Made by a program: the position numbers and the translations under genes
Source of the DNA: an uncultured virus (IMG/VR IMGVR_UViG_3300027974_001778)
Lineage: Duplodnaviria > Heunggongvirae > Uroviricota > Caudoviricetes
Strand: one strand, 5' to 3'
IMG/VR virus record: IMGVR_UViG_3300027974_001778
Coordinates: 1-64,000 of that record
Length of the DNA: 64,000 nucleotides
In this document: one piece after another, positions 39,633 to 48,723 of the stretch
Position numbering within the stretch: position 1 is the stretch's first letter
How the letters are laid out: each line of letters opens with the position of its first letter
Notes under the pieces: model-generated
The model's input: only the letters and a program-made list of their open reading frames with translations
Told to the model about the DNA's origin: nothing
Databases searched by the model: none

Positions 39633-40202
39633 TTAACATACCCCAACATTAATAATTTGATTACCGCTAAGTTGAATAAACTTAGCTCCGTTTGAGATTG
39701 TAAAATTGGCATTAATTGGAGGGATTGTTAAAGATTGGTTACCATATACATAATCACCCACTTCTAAATTTTCAAAAAGTTTTGGAATGTAGATTGTTAC
39801 GTTTGCTGGATTTGCAATCATATTAACAGATTGACAGACATTTTGATACCAACCACCTGTTCTTAAATTATACATATAAACTGTTGTTGGTGTAACCGTT
39901 GGTGTTGTTGTAGGTGTTGGAGTTGGAGAAGTTGAGGTTGGAGTCGGTGTTACAGAACTTTGAGTTGGTGTTGACGTAATGGTTGGAGTCGGTGTTGTTG
40001 AAGGACATAAGCCCACTAAAGATATTGTAAGAGGAGCTCCATAACTTTCAACAATTAAATCCTTAGCACAAACATATTGTACTTCTAACGGGTTAATTGG
40101 TGAAACACTAATTATATCCGTACAACCAGTCCATCTATAATATCCTTCTTCGACATTATTGTAGTTGGTTATAATAAAATAGTTACAGTCGGTTGTATAC
40201 AT
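39633..40202 (-). CDS. two-domain mucin-like protein
   Basis: 189 aa; Cys domain, TP linker, Cys domain. Confidence 0.72.
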   Translation of the reverse strand: MYTTDCNYFIITNYNNVEEGYYRWTGCTDIISVSPINPLEVQYVCAKDLIVESYGAPLTISLVGLCPSTTPTPTITSTPTQSSVTPTPTSTSPTPTPTTTPTVTPTTVYMYNLRTGGWYQNVCQSVNMIANPANVTIYIPKLFENLEVGDYVYGNQSLTIPPINANFTISNGAKFIQLSGNQIINVGVC

Positions 40203-40203
40203 T

Positions 40204-40947
40204 TTAACTTATTTTCAAATATCCATAATTAACCGTAACACCTGATACTGTATTGTTTTGAATACCGAATACAAATGTATTTGTTGATGTAACAACTGTT
40301 GAAGCGGTGGATATTGCACCTGCAGTTCCTATAATCTGTGCAGGTATACTTGTAAACAATATTGGACTACCCCCACCAGTATAATTCCATGCATACTGAA
40401 CACCAATTACTGGTACATTAGTATTACTAACACTTACTGTGGCATTATAAACTATTATACCATTTGGTATATTTCCAAGAACCCATAAGTTATACGTATC
40501 ATTAATATCAACTGTAAAACTGTAGTTATTAGTTCCTGGAGTCACCGTCCAACTACCTGTAAAACCAGATAAACCTGAAATTCCACTTGTACCAGAACTA
40601 CCTGAAGAGCCTGATGTTCCTGAAGTTCCACTTGAACCGCTTGTTCCTGAAGTTCCACTTGAGCCAGATGTTCCTGAAGAACCTGAGATTCCGCTAGTTC
40701 CTGATGAACCGCTTGTACCAGAACTACCATTAATTCCGCTAGTTCCTGATGTTCCGCTTGAACCCGATGAACCACTTGTTCCTGAGCTACCGTCTGTTCC
40801 GCTAGTTCCTGATGTTCCTGAAGAACCTATTAATGTTTCTTTTAAAACTTTAAAAGTTTCAGTTAAACCGCTATTATCCATAACAAGATAAGCACCCGTG
40901 GTGTCTCCTGTGTATAGTGGTAATGCACTGATTTTTGTATTTGCCAT
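40204..40947 (-). CDS. fibre-like protein with Gly-X-Y (SGT/SGS) repeats
   Basis: N-terminus MANTKISALP, about 29 Gly-every-third triplets, beta-rich C-domain. Confidence 0.75.
   Translation of the reverse strand: MANTKISALPLYTGDTTGAYLVMDNSGLTETFKVLKETLIGSSGTSGTSGTDGSSGTSGSSGSSGTSGTSGINGSSGTSGSSGTSGISGSSGTSGSSGTSGTSGSSGTSGTSGSSGSSGTSGISGLSGFTGSWTVTPGTNNYSFTVDINDTYNLWVLGNIPNGIIVYNATVSVSNTNVPVIGVQYAWNYTGGGSPILFTSIPAQIIGTAGAISTASTVVTSTNTFVFGIQNNTVSGVTVNYGYLKIS
40560..40827 (-). repeat. degenerate 9-bp coding tandem repeat (Ser-Gly-Thr/Ser)
   Basis: GSSGTSGTSGTDGSSGTSGSSGSSGTSG... in translation. Confidence 0.85.
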
Positions 40948-40960
40948 TTTAATCTATTTT

Positions 40961-43384
40961 TTATGTTATATCTATTTCAATATTATCGTTATTTTCTGCG
41001 GTAGCAACTGAATCATCTTCAAATAATAAGAAGTATGGTTCAGTGGGTGTTACTGTTGGAGTAGGCGTTGAAGTTGTTGTTGGAGTTAAGGTTTCAGTTG
41101 GAGTATTAGTTGGTGTTTCTGTAATTGTAGGAGTTGGAGTAGGTGTTTCTGTTTCAGTAGTAGTAGGAGTTGGAGTTTCTGTATTAGTTGGAGTATTAGT
41201 AGGCGTTTCTGTATTAGTTGGAGTTTGAGTTGGTGTATTAGTAGGAGTTTCCGTATTAGTAGGTGTGTTGGTAGGTGTTTCAGTTGGAGTTGGTGTTTGA
41301 GTTTCTGTTGCAGTTGGTGTTAATCCAACAGTAGCCGTAGAAGTTGGAGTTTCAGTGTTAGTAGGGGTTGATGTATTTGTTGGTGTTGATGTGGTAGTTG
41401 GAGTGTTAGTAGGGGTTGATGTTGGACATGGGTATAAAGAAGAAAACAAATCATTACATGGTACCATCAAATATCCTAAATCATTACACGGTACTGAGAT
41501 ATACAACAAGTCGTTGTTTGGAATAAAAATTCTACAATTAAGACAATTAGGGTCTAATAAATTATATCTATTCTTTAATAATTTAAAGTTATGTCTAATT
41601 TGAGAAGCGTTTAATGGTTCTGTATACATTCTAAATGCACTAACATCACCAATCATACTACCACCAAAAATTTCTTCTAACCTTATTTGAGTTGTAAGAC
41701 CTGAGTATTCAGTATGTTCTAAGTCATAATCTGTTAAACATTCAGGGTCTTGTTGATATGTAATACCACTTAACTCTGCGGGACACCCTGCAGAGAATGT
41801 TAAGTTGTCGTGAAGACCTTGAGTACCACCACCAACTGAAATATTATATCCAACTCCAATTTGTTTTTCTTTTTCAACATTAAGAAGTCTTGGAATTATT
41901 TCCTCGAAATTTTCAGCCACCAAAAATAATTTACCATTAACATAAAACTTAAGAGTACCTAATCTATATTTTTGTTCTTCGGTCCAAATATCAGTAAACG
42001 TAACAACCTCTGTTGAAGGTGGAATATATCCTGGGTCATGTGTTATTGGAGGTTCAACTAATGTTACACTTCTATTCTCTAATGTTGCAAAATATACATC
42101 ATCAACTAACAAACCAAGTCCTCCTTTTTCATATAGGTCACAGGTATCAAACCATTCCTTTCTTTGAAATACGGCATCTATTTGAACCCAATGTTCAACG
42201 TTAGGATAAGTAGTCCCACTACAATCATCAAATATTCCTCTCGTAGAACACCATTCGGTTACAGATGTTCCAGTGTGGTAAGTCAATCCTGTAAGACAAG
42301 TTCCACTATGTTCACACCCTCCTGTTATTCTATATGTCTTAACACATAGTCTTGGACTACCTGTATCTCCACTTAATCTTAAAGACAACGCATTTGACAC
42401 ACCATCATATAACGGGTCCTTTTCAGGATATTTGGCATGTGACTCACAATCACAAGGGCAACCACAAGTACAATGAGTTATCGTACCTCCCGATGGTTGA
42501 TACACCTGTAGACATTCAGATGAAGTATTCGCAGTACTTGCACATCCACAAGTATGCATACAAGTTAACCCTGAGGTCACTCTTGTATACCCTGTATCTT
42601 GTTTTGGTTCACCATCAGCATAGTGATAGAATTTGTTTTCGGCTCTCGCTCCCATGTAGAAAAAGGTTCCCTTATTATCAGGATACCTTGAATTAAGTCC
42701 GACAGAAGTATCTCCTGTCCATCTGTATCTTAACATAAATTCAGCTGTCCACCCTAACGATACTCTTTGAGGGAACACCTGATAGTCGTATCCTGGTAAC
42801 TTATAAAAACCTTGAAAAAACCCTCCGTTTAATCTGGCAAAATAACCCACAGGATTACCATCTGTGGCGTAATACATATCATAGGTATAAGAGTTGTCGT
42901 TCCACAATCTATTTTCTGAAGTTGTGAAACCAGTGATAGGGTGCATTTTCATTCTCCTATCATATTTATATCTACTAAATCTGTCTGACTCTGTTTCGTA
43001 AAGACCAGTTGTGATTTCAATAGTCTCACCTGACATGTTTTTAACAAGTCCATTGTCAATACCTGTCAAACCAACATCACATAACTCAGTAACAATGAGA
43101 CAAAAATTAGGGTCTGTATCAGTCGGATTCCAATAGTTTTCAGATACAATAGTATCATCATCAAATGTACACGAATTTGTTTGACATTTTGTAGTCCCTG
43201 AACTATTAAAGTCAAATTTAAAAGGCATTCTATTACCATTATCCTCACCAATTAACAATGGTGAAAAAATAACTTCTTGGTCGTAGTCTTTCTCATCTGA
43301 CGCGAGACAAATGTCCGTGACTTCGTTGACAGGTTTAATACCCCATCGTCTAAAATTATATTGATTTATATTTTGATATGCCAT
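40961..43384 (-). CDS. Cys-rich LamG/concanavalin-like structural protein with a long Thr-Pro-Glu mucin-like tail
   Basis: [39 protein letters not shown]; ~125-aa TPTNTETPT region at ~41045-41425. Confidence 0.7.
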   Translation of the reverse strand: MAYQNINQYNFRRWGIKPVNEVTDICLASDEKDYDQEVIFSPLLIGEDNGNRMPFKFDFNSSGTTKCQTNSCTFDDDTIVSENYWNPTDTDPNFCLIVTELCDVGLTGIDNGLVKNMSGETIEITTGLYETESDRFSRYKYDRRMKMHPITGFTTSENRLWNDNSYTYDMYYATDGNPVGYFARLNGGFFQGFYKLPGYDYQVFPQRVSLGWTAEFMLRYRWTGDTSVGLNSRYPDNKGTFFYMGARAENKFYHYADGEPKQDTGYTRVTSGLTCMHTCGCASTANTSSECLQVYQPSGGTITHCTCGCPCDCESHAKYPEKDPLYDGVSNALSLRLSGDTGSPRLCVKTYRITGGCEHSGTCLTGLTYHTGTSVTEWCSTRGIFDDCSGTTYPNVEHWVQIDAVFQRKEWFDTCDLYEKGGLGLLVDDVYFATLENRSVTLVEPPITHDPGYIPPSTEVVTFTDIWTEEQKYRLGTLKFYVNGKLFLVAENFEEIIPRLLNVEKEKQIGVGYNISVGGGTQGLHDNLTFSAGCPAELSGITYQQDPECLTDYDLEHTEYSGLTTQIRLEEIFGGSMIGDVSAFRMYTEPLNASQIRHNFKLLKNRYNLLDPNCLNCRIFIPNNDLLYISVPCNDLGYLMVPCNDLFSSLYPCPTSTPTNTPTTTSTPTNTSTPTNTETPTSTATVGLTPTATETQTPTPTETPTNTPTNTETPTNTPTQTPTNTETPTNTPTNTETPTPTTTETETPTPTPTITETPTNTPTETLTPTTTSTPTPTVTPTEPYFLLFEDDSVATAENNDNIEIDIT

Positions 43385-43393
43385 AAACTAATG

Positions 43394-43420
43394 ATAAATA
43401 CATTGTGTCGTGGTATTTAT
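43394..43420. promoter_or_regulatory. back-to-back TATTTAT motifs at a divergent gene junction
   Basis: ataaata at 43394-43400 (serving the minus gene) and tatttat at 43414-43420 (serving the plus gene). Confidence 0.7.
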
Positions 43421-43436
43421 ATGATAAAAAGAACAG

Positions 43437-44252
43437 ATGATTGCAACAGATACCGAATTTTATTCATCGCCATATTATTTTCTCTTAAGAGACAAGGGGA
43501 GTAAATATTCCTTATATTTCTCTGTGGAAGGAAATTTAACTGAAGCTCGCAAAAAAGACGAGGTAATTCACTTCGAAAAAAGTAAGGGTGAGAAAGTAAA
43601 AAAACATTTAAAAAAAGTTGCCAAAGAGAAAAAAATTAAGGATACCAAAACTTTAAAAAAAGATTTGGAAGAACTGGTTAATGCTGACGGAGCAATGTCA
43701 AACTCTGCAATTCCTATTTTAGACCCTAGGCTTCACCCAAGAAAAACTATGGACCAAACTGTGGCGGCATCAAGAATTACAAACGACCCAATCTCTCGTG
43801 GATATAGAACTTACTATGGTGAAAGTGAAATGAAAGAAATTGACATGTCAGGAGCGTTTGGATATGAGGAAACTGAAGACATGGATGGTGAAGACACTTA
43901 CAAATATTTGGTTAAAGATATGGGAATGGAACCTGATGATGCTAAAGAAAGAACAAAGCAACAAGGTAAAGACCCATCAGGTAAGAAAGATAAAAAATCA
44001 AAATACTATAAAGATAAAAACTTTATCACAAGAGCAACATTATCTGAGATTCAAAAACAAAAGGCAATCAAAATGGTTGAGGACCTTTTGGCAAATAAGA
44101 AATCTTCAGAAGATGGTGACGTGAATGAAAAGAATGTTGACGATTTTAAAATTCTAAAAAGAAATATTGCTAACTTAAAAAAACAAGCAGAACGTCAAGG
44201 TCTTCAAATTGATGACTTGATTAAATTTCTAAGAACAGAATTAAAAAAATAA
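43437..44252 (+). CDS. hypothetical protein (charged, Lys/Glu-rich)
   Basis: 271-aa ORF. Confidence 0.7.
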   Translation: MIATDTEFYSSPYYFLLRDKGSKYSLYFSVEGNLTEARKKDEVIHFEKSKGEKVKKHLKKVAKEKKIKDTKTLKKDLEELVNADGAMSNSAIPILDPRLHPRKTMDQTVAASRITNDPISRGYRTYYGESEMKEIDMSGAFGYEETEDMDGEDTYKYLVKDMGMEPDDAKERTKQQGKDPSGKKDKKSKYYKDKNFITRATLSEIQKQKAIKMVEDLLANKKSSEDGDVNEKNVDDFKILKRNIANLKKQAERQGLQIDDLIKFLRTELKK

Positions 44253-44253
44253 T

Positions 44254-44730
44254 ATGAATAAGGACCTATATAATTCGGCCAAAGGAGAAATTGAATTTCC
44301 TAAAGACAAACAGGAACACATGAAAAAATGTTTCCGTATGGTTAAAGGTGCCAATGAAAATATTGAAGGGTTTAATAGAAATCAAGAACTACAAGGTCAA
44401 AATTTTATTGAATACAAACAATTAAAAAGGATTAAAAACTTTTTTGATAATTTTAGTGGTAATCATAATGAAGCTCCGTTTATTTTAAATGGGGGTGTTG
44501 TAATGAAAAATTGGGTGGAAAATGAATTGAGGAAAATGAGAGATTACGAAAAAATGACCAAAACAAATAAAATGAATGCAGGAATGCAAAATCAGTTTTT
44601 AAAACCTCACGAAAAGAAAAACTTTAATAATGTAAGGCCTTCACAAGAACATACCAGTACCGTTTATAGATATAATACTGCGGTAACTGAAAGCCTAAAA
44701 AGAATAAACGAACTAATTTCAAAATTATAA
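44254..44730 (+). CDS. hypothetical protein
   Basis: 158-aa ORF, tightly packed in the operon. Confidence 0.7.
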   Translation: MNKDLYNSAKGEIEFPKDKQEHMKKCFRMVKGANENIEGFNRNQELQGQNFIEYKQLKRIKNFFDNFSGNHNEAPFILNGGVVMKNWVENELRKMRDYEKMTKTNKMNAGMQNQFLKPHEKKNFNNVRPSQEHTSTVYRYNTAVTESLKRINELISKL

Positions 44731-44732
44731 TC

Positions 44733-45026
44733 ATGGCAAATGAACTAATTGTTGATTTATCTCAAAACGAACCAAACGCACTTACAGCCTATGCTGAAGC
44801 GGAAAGAGCTAAATTAATACCAAAAAACGACTATAACGCTGTAGGTAATGAATATTCATCAGTAAACAGAGATGCTGTTGCCGACGGAGATTCTATGGGT
44901 AGAGGTACAGGTACCTTCTTAGATGTCTACAACGTAAACGCTGGAACTATTGACGACGTTATGGAAAGAAAAAACGAAATCAAAATTAACAAATTTAATT
45001 CATCAAAAACTTATCCTAATTTTTAA
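44733..45026 (+). CDS. hypothetical protein
   Basis: 97-aa ORF with TAATG coupling to the next gene. Confidence 0.65.
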   Translation: MANELIVDLSQNEPNALTAYAEAERAKLIPKNDYNAVGNEYSSVNRDAVADGDSMGRGTGTFLDVYNVNAGTIDDVMERKNEIKINKFNSSKTYPNF

Positions 45027-45499
45027 TGAAATTAAATCAAGCACTTAAAGGTCTAATATGTGAAATCGCTTCTATCGATGGTGTTGTTGACGCCATTAAA
45101 AAAAGACAGATAGTGATTATCTATTATGATGGTGATGAACCAGGTGGTAGAGGTATTAGACAAATTGAACCTGTTTGCTTAGGAACAAGTAAAGCGGGCA
45201 ACAAGATTTTAAGAGCTTGGGATGATGAAGGTGCTTCTCACACAGCATATAAGGGAGAACAACCATTACCAGGATGGAGAATTTTTAGGTTAGACAAGAT
45301 ATTGTCAATTAAACCAACAGGTGAAGTTTACAATACTCCAAAGCCTAATTATAATTTTAACGGAGATAAAAGTATGGTCAGTGTAATTATCAATGCAAAA
45401 TTTGATAATCAACAACCTCAAGAAACACAACAACCACAACCAACACAAGAAATACCAACACAAGAAACACCAACGCCTACTCCAACTCCACAAACTTAA
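45026..45499 (+). CDS. stand-alone WYL-domain protein with Gln/Pro/Thr tail
   Basis: IYY...RQIEPVCLG...LRAW...WRIFRLDKI. Confidence 0.8.
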   Translation: MKLNQALKGLICEIASIDGVVDAIKKRQIVIIYYDGDEPGGRGIRQIEPVCLGTSKAGNKILRAWDDEGASHTAYKGEQPLPGWRIFRLDKILSIKPTGEVYNTPKPNYNFNGDKSMVSVIINAKFDNQQPQETQQPQPTQEIPTQETPTPTPTPQT

Positions 45500-45505
45500 T
45501 ATATT

Positions 45506-46135
45506 ATGAACGAAAATGATTTAATGAGCAGATTAGCGGCATCTAAAGCTATTATGGATAGTCCAAAATTTGGTAAAAGTAATAATACAATGAGTGGAGG
45601 ATTACCTCCAACATCTTTGCAAGATTTTGATATGCCACAAGCAAAGTATAATATTCCTCAAGAATATCTACAAGAACAACCACAAGTTCAACAACCTTAT
45701 TTATCAGAGCTCCCTAGAGTGAATACAAAACCAGTTGGTAATCCAACCGTTGATGCAATTAAAAATTCAAAACTTCCTGATGATATTAAGAGGTTAATGA
45801 TGGAACATCCAATTGCGCAACAACAACAACCTGAAGCGACTTTATCAAATGACTTAATTGAAAGAGCTTCAAGATTAATGAAAGGTAATGATGGCGGATA
45901 TGTTCCTGAATCGGCAAAACCAAAAACTCAATCGGAATCTCCACAACAAACTTCTAGTGTTAGTGGTATTAATTACAAATTAATTCAAAAAATGATTAAT
46001 GAAGCCGTAAGTAATGCACTTAGAGAAAACGGATTACTTATGGAAAGTTCTGAAAAATCTAATGAAATTTTTAGCTTTAAAGTAGGTAAGCACGTGTTTG
46101 AAGGTAAAGTTACCAAAATTAAAAAGTTGGCCTAA
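45506..46135 (+). CDS. hypothetical protein
   Basis: 209-aa Gln/Pro-rich ORF. Confidence 0.7.
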   Translation: MNENDLMSRLAASKAIMDSPKFGKSNNTMSGGLPPTSLQDFDMPQAKYNIPQEYLQEQPQVQQPYLSELPRVNTKPVGNPTVDAIKNSKLPDDIKRLMMEHPIAQQQQPEATLSNDLIERASRLMKGNDGGYVPESAKPKTQSESPQQTSSVSGINYKLIQKMINEAVSNALRENGLLMESSEKSNEIFSFKVGKHVFEGKVTKIKKLA

Positions 46136-46140
46136 CACCT

Positions 46141-46172
46141 TTTCTTATTTGACATATTTTGTTATACTTTTG
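46141..46172 (+). promoter_or_regulatory. promoter of the glycan-biosynthesis cluster
   Basis: TTTC-N20-TACTTTTG (Bacteroidota -7 consensus TAnnTTTG); also extended -10 TGTTATACT. Confidence 0.55.
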
Positions 46173-46189
46173 AGTATATATTAAAATTT

Positions 46190-47401
46190 ATGTCAAAAAT
46201 CAAAGTACTCGTTGTACCATCCGATAGAACAGGAGTTGGTAAGTTTAGGTCAGTAGACCCGCACATCTTTTTACAAAATCTCTATCCTGATGATTTTCAC
46301 GTCGATATCGTTTATGAACCACCATATGATGATGTTAACTATTGGACCCAATATCAAATAGTTTCATTCCATAGAAGTATTGGGCCCGATTTTGAAAAGG
46401 CCCATCGTCTTATTCAAATGTTAAACTCATTAGGAGTTATAACTGTTTGTGATATTGACGATTATTGGATGCCAGGTAAAGAACACCCAATCCACGATAT
46501 TATTAAAGTTCACAAGATTAATGAAAAAATTACTGCAAACTTAAAAGTTGCAAAGTATGTTACAACCACAACATCTTTATTTGCTGATGAAATTAGGAAA
46601 TTAAACAAGAATGTTATTGTATTTCCTAACGCAATTAATCCAAACGAATCTCAATTTAAAGAACCAACATTAGAGTCTGATAGACTTAGAATTGGTTGGT
46701 TAGGAGGTTCTTCCCACTTACATGATATTCAATTATTAGACCAAGGGTTTGGTAAGATTTTTTCTTTAAAAGATAAACTTCAATATGTGTTATGTGGATT
46801 TGACACTAGAGGTAGTGTAACTGAAATTAACGCACAAACAGGAGAACAAACTAAACGTAATATTCTTCCTCACGAAACTGTTTGGGCTCAGTATGAAAAA
46901 ATATTTACACAGAACTATTCAATTGTGTCTGATGAATATAAAAAACATTTGATTAACTATAATCAAGAAAGTTATACTGGTAATCCTGACGAACCATATT
47001 TGAGAGTTTGGACTAAACCTGTAACATCATACGCAAAAAATTATGCTAAATTTGACGTATCCTTATCACCAATTAAAAACACAATGTTTAATAGAATGAA
47101 GTCTCAGTTGAAAGTTATTGAAGCTGGATTTTATAAGAAAGCATTAATAGCATCTGACTTAGGTCCTTATACTATCGATTTAAAACATTGTATGAAAAAT
47201 GGTGAGTTTGTTGACGGTAATGCTATGTTAGTAAATGAAAATAGAAATCACGCTGATTGGCCAAAATTTATTGAGAAGTTGGTAAAAAATCCTAACTTAG
47301 CAAAAGATATGGGAGAAAGGTTATACGAAACCGTAAAGGACAAGTACGACCTTAATGTTGTAACAAAAACAAGAGCAGAATTTTATAAATCAATCATATA
47401 A
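46190..47401 (+). CDS. glycosyltransferase, GT-B (GT4-like)
   Basis: DIDDYW, IGWLGGSSHLHD, FNRMKSQLKVIEAG, ASDLGPY. Confidence 0.8.
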   Translation: MSKIKVLVVPSDRTGVGKFRSVDPHIFLQNLYPDDFHVDIVYEPPYDDVNYWTQYQIVSFHRSIGPDFEKAHRLIQMLNSLGVITVCDIDDYWMPGKEHPIHDIIKVHKINEKITANLKVAKYVTTTTSLFADEIRKLNKNVIVFPNAINPNESQFKEPTLESDRLRIGWLGGSSHLHDIQLLDQGFGKIFSLKDKLQYVLCGFDTRGSVTEINAQTGEQTKRNILPHETVWAQYEKIFTQNYSIVSDEYKKHLINYNQESYTGNPDEPYLRVWTKPVTSYAKNYAKFDVSLSPIKNTMFNRMKSQLKVIEAGFYKKALIASDLGPYTIDLKHCMKNGEFVDGNAMLVNENRNHADWPKFIEKLVKNPNLAKDMGERLYETVKDKYDLNVVTKTRAEFYKSII

Positions 47402-48102
47402 TGATAAACATACCTTTAACCAAGATTTTATTTTTAGATATCGAAACTGTCGGTATTCAACCAGATTGGGCATCTCTTGAGTCTAATAGACCTGAGCTGG
47501 CATACCAATTTAAAAATTACCATGATTGGTTTCAAAAAAGATTTCCTGAAGATGCGGACAAACCTGTTGGAGATATGTTTGTAAACAGAGCGGCATTAGT
47601 TCCTGAGTTTGCAAGAATTGCTTGTGTTAGTGTTGCTTTTGTTACAGACAAAGGTGAAACTAAAATGCAATCATTCAGTGACCCTGACGAAAAAAAACTA
47701 TTGGAGGAGGTTCAAAAACTGCTTAAACGAGTTGGAGAATTAAACTTTTTTTTATGTGGTCACAATGTTAAAGGATTTGATATTCCAATGTTGGCAAAAA
47801 GAATGATGATGAATGGTATTCTTCCTCCAAAAATATTACCAGGTCATGACACTAAACCATGGGAAATTAAAGCTCTTGATACTAAAGAACTTTGGCAATA
47901 CGGTGGATATGGTTCTATAGCATCATTAGAACTAATGTGTGTTTGTTTAGGTGTTGAGTCTTCTAAAAACATGGAGGTTACAGGTAATAAAGTTCACGAA
48001 GCGTTTTGGGTTAAAAAAGATATCTCAGGTATTGTTGAATATTGTGAGAAGGACGTATCGGTTTTAATCGACGTAATTAACAAACTATTAAAATTAAAAT
48101 AA
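47401..48102 (+). CDS. PolB-related stand-alone 3'-5' exonuclease (DEDD)
   Basis: LDIET, GHNVKGFDIP, YCEKDV. Confidence 0.85.
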   Translation: MINIPLTKILFLDIETVGIQPDWASLESNRPELAYQFKNYHDWFQKRFPEDADKPVGDMFVNRAALVPEFARIACVSVAFVTDKGETKMQSFSDPDEKKLLEEVQKLLKRVGELNFFLCGHNVKGFDIPMLAKRMMMNGILPPKILPGHDTKPWEIKALDTKELWQYGGYGSIASLELMCVCLGVESSKNMEVTGNKVHEAFWVKKDISGIVEYCEKDVSVLIDVINKLLKLK

Positions 48103-48719
48103 TGCAACAAGGTAACGAAATAAAACCAGAGGTTTGGGCACAAGTTTTAGAACAATTTGAAAAGATAAAATCAGATTCAGGAATAGAACCTGAGTTAGAT
48201 TATATAAAACAATTAGAAGATATGTTGGGAATGTCAGTTGAAGAAATGAATAGAGAGACTGAAATAACCCTTAGAACTAAACGTCTTGGTGTTGAATTAA
48301 TACACGAAGATGCGAAATTTCCGTCTTACGCTTACCCATCTGATTCAGGTTTTGATTTATATTCAACAATAGATTATAAACTCTCCGCGTTTGGAAGAGC
48401 ATTAATTCCAACAGGTCTTAAGTTATCTATTCCTGATGAATATGAAATACAAGTTAGACCTAAAAGTGGTTTAGCTATAAACCAAGGATTAACAGTACTA
48501 AATACACCAGGAACTGTGGATTCAGGTTATAACGGAGAAATTAAAGTGATTATGTTTAACACAAATAATCATGAAGTGATTGTAACCAAAGGAATGAAAA
48601 TTGCTCAAGCTGTCTTATGTCCTGTTGTTAATGGTACTTTTGTACAATTAGAACAGATTGATAAAATTGAAGATAAAGACAGAGGAGATAAAGGATTTGG
48701 AAGTACGGGAATAATTTAA
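48102..48719 (+). CDS. dut: trimeric dUTPase with N-terminal extension
   Basis: SGFDL, RPKSGLA, GTVDSGYNGEI, IAQ, RGDKGFGSTG. Confidence 0.95.
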   Translation: MQQGNEIKPEVWAQVLEQFEKIKSDSGIEPELDYIKQLEDMLGMSVEEMNRETEITLRTKRLGVELIHEDAKFPSYAYPSDSGFDLYSTIDYKLSAFGRALIPTGLKLSIPDEYEIQVRPKSGLAINQGLTVLNTPGTVDSGYNGEIKVIMFNTNNHEVIVTKGMKIAQAVLCPVVNGTFVQLEQIDKIEDKDRGDKGFGSTGII

Positions 48720-48723
48720 TTAT

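Noticed and set aside
37630..41425. Repeat tracts considered as a CRISPR array or DGR template/variable repeats
   Set aside because: The repeats are codon-degenerate and in frame (Thr-Pro, Ser-Gly-Thr), with no constant repeat/unique spacer pattern, no adenine-specific mismatch pair and no reverse transcriptase or cas gene in the window.
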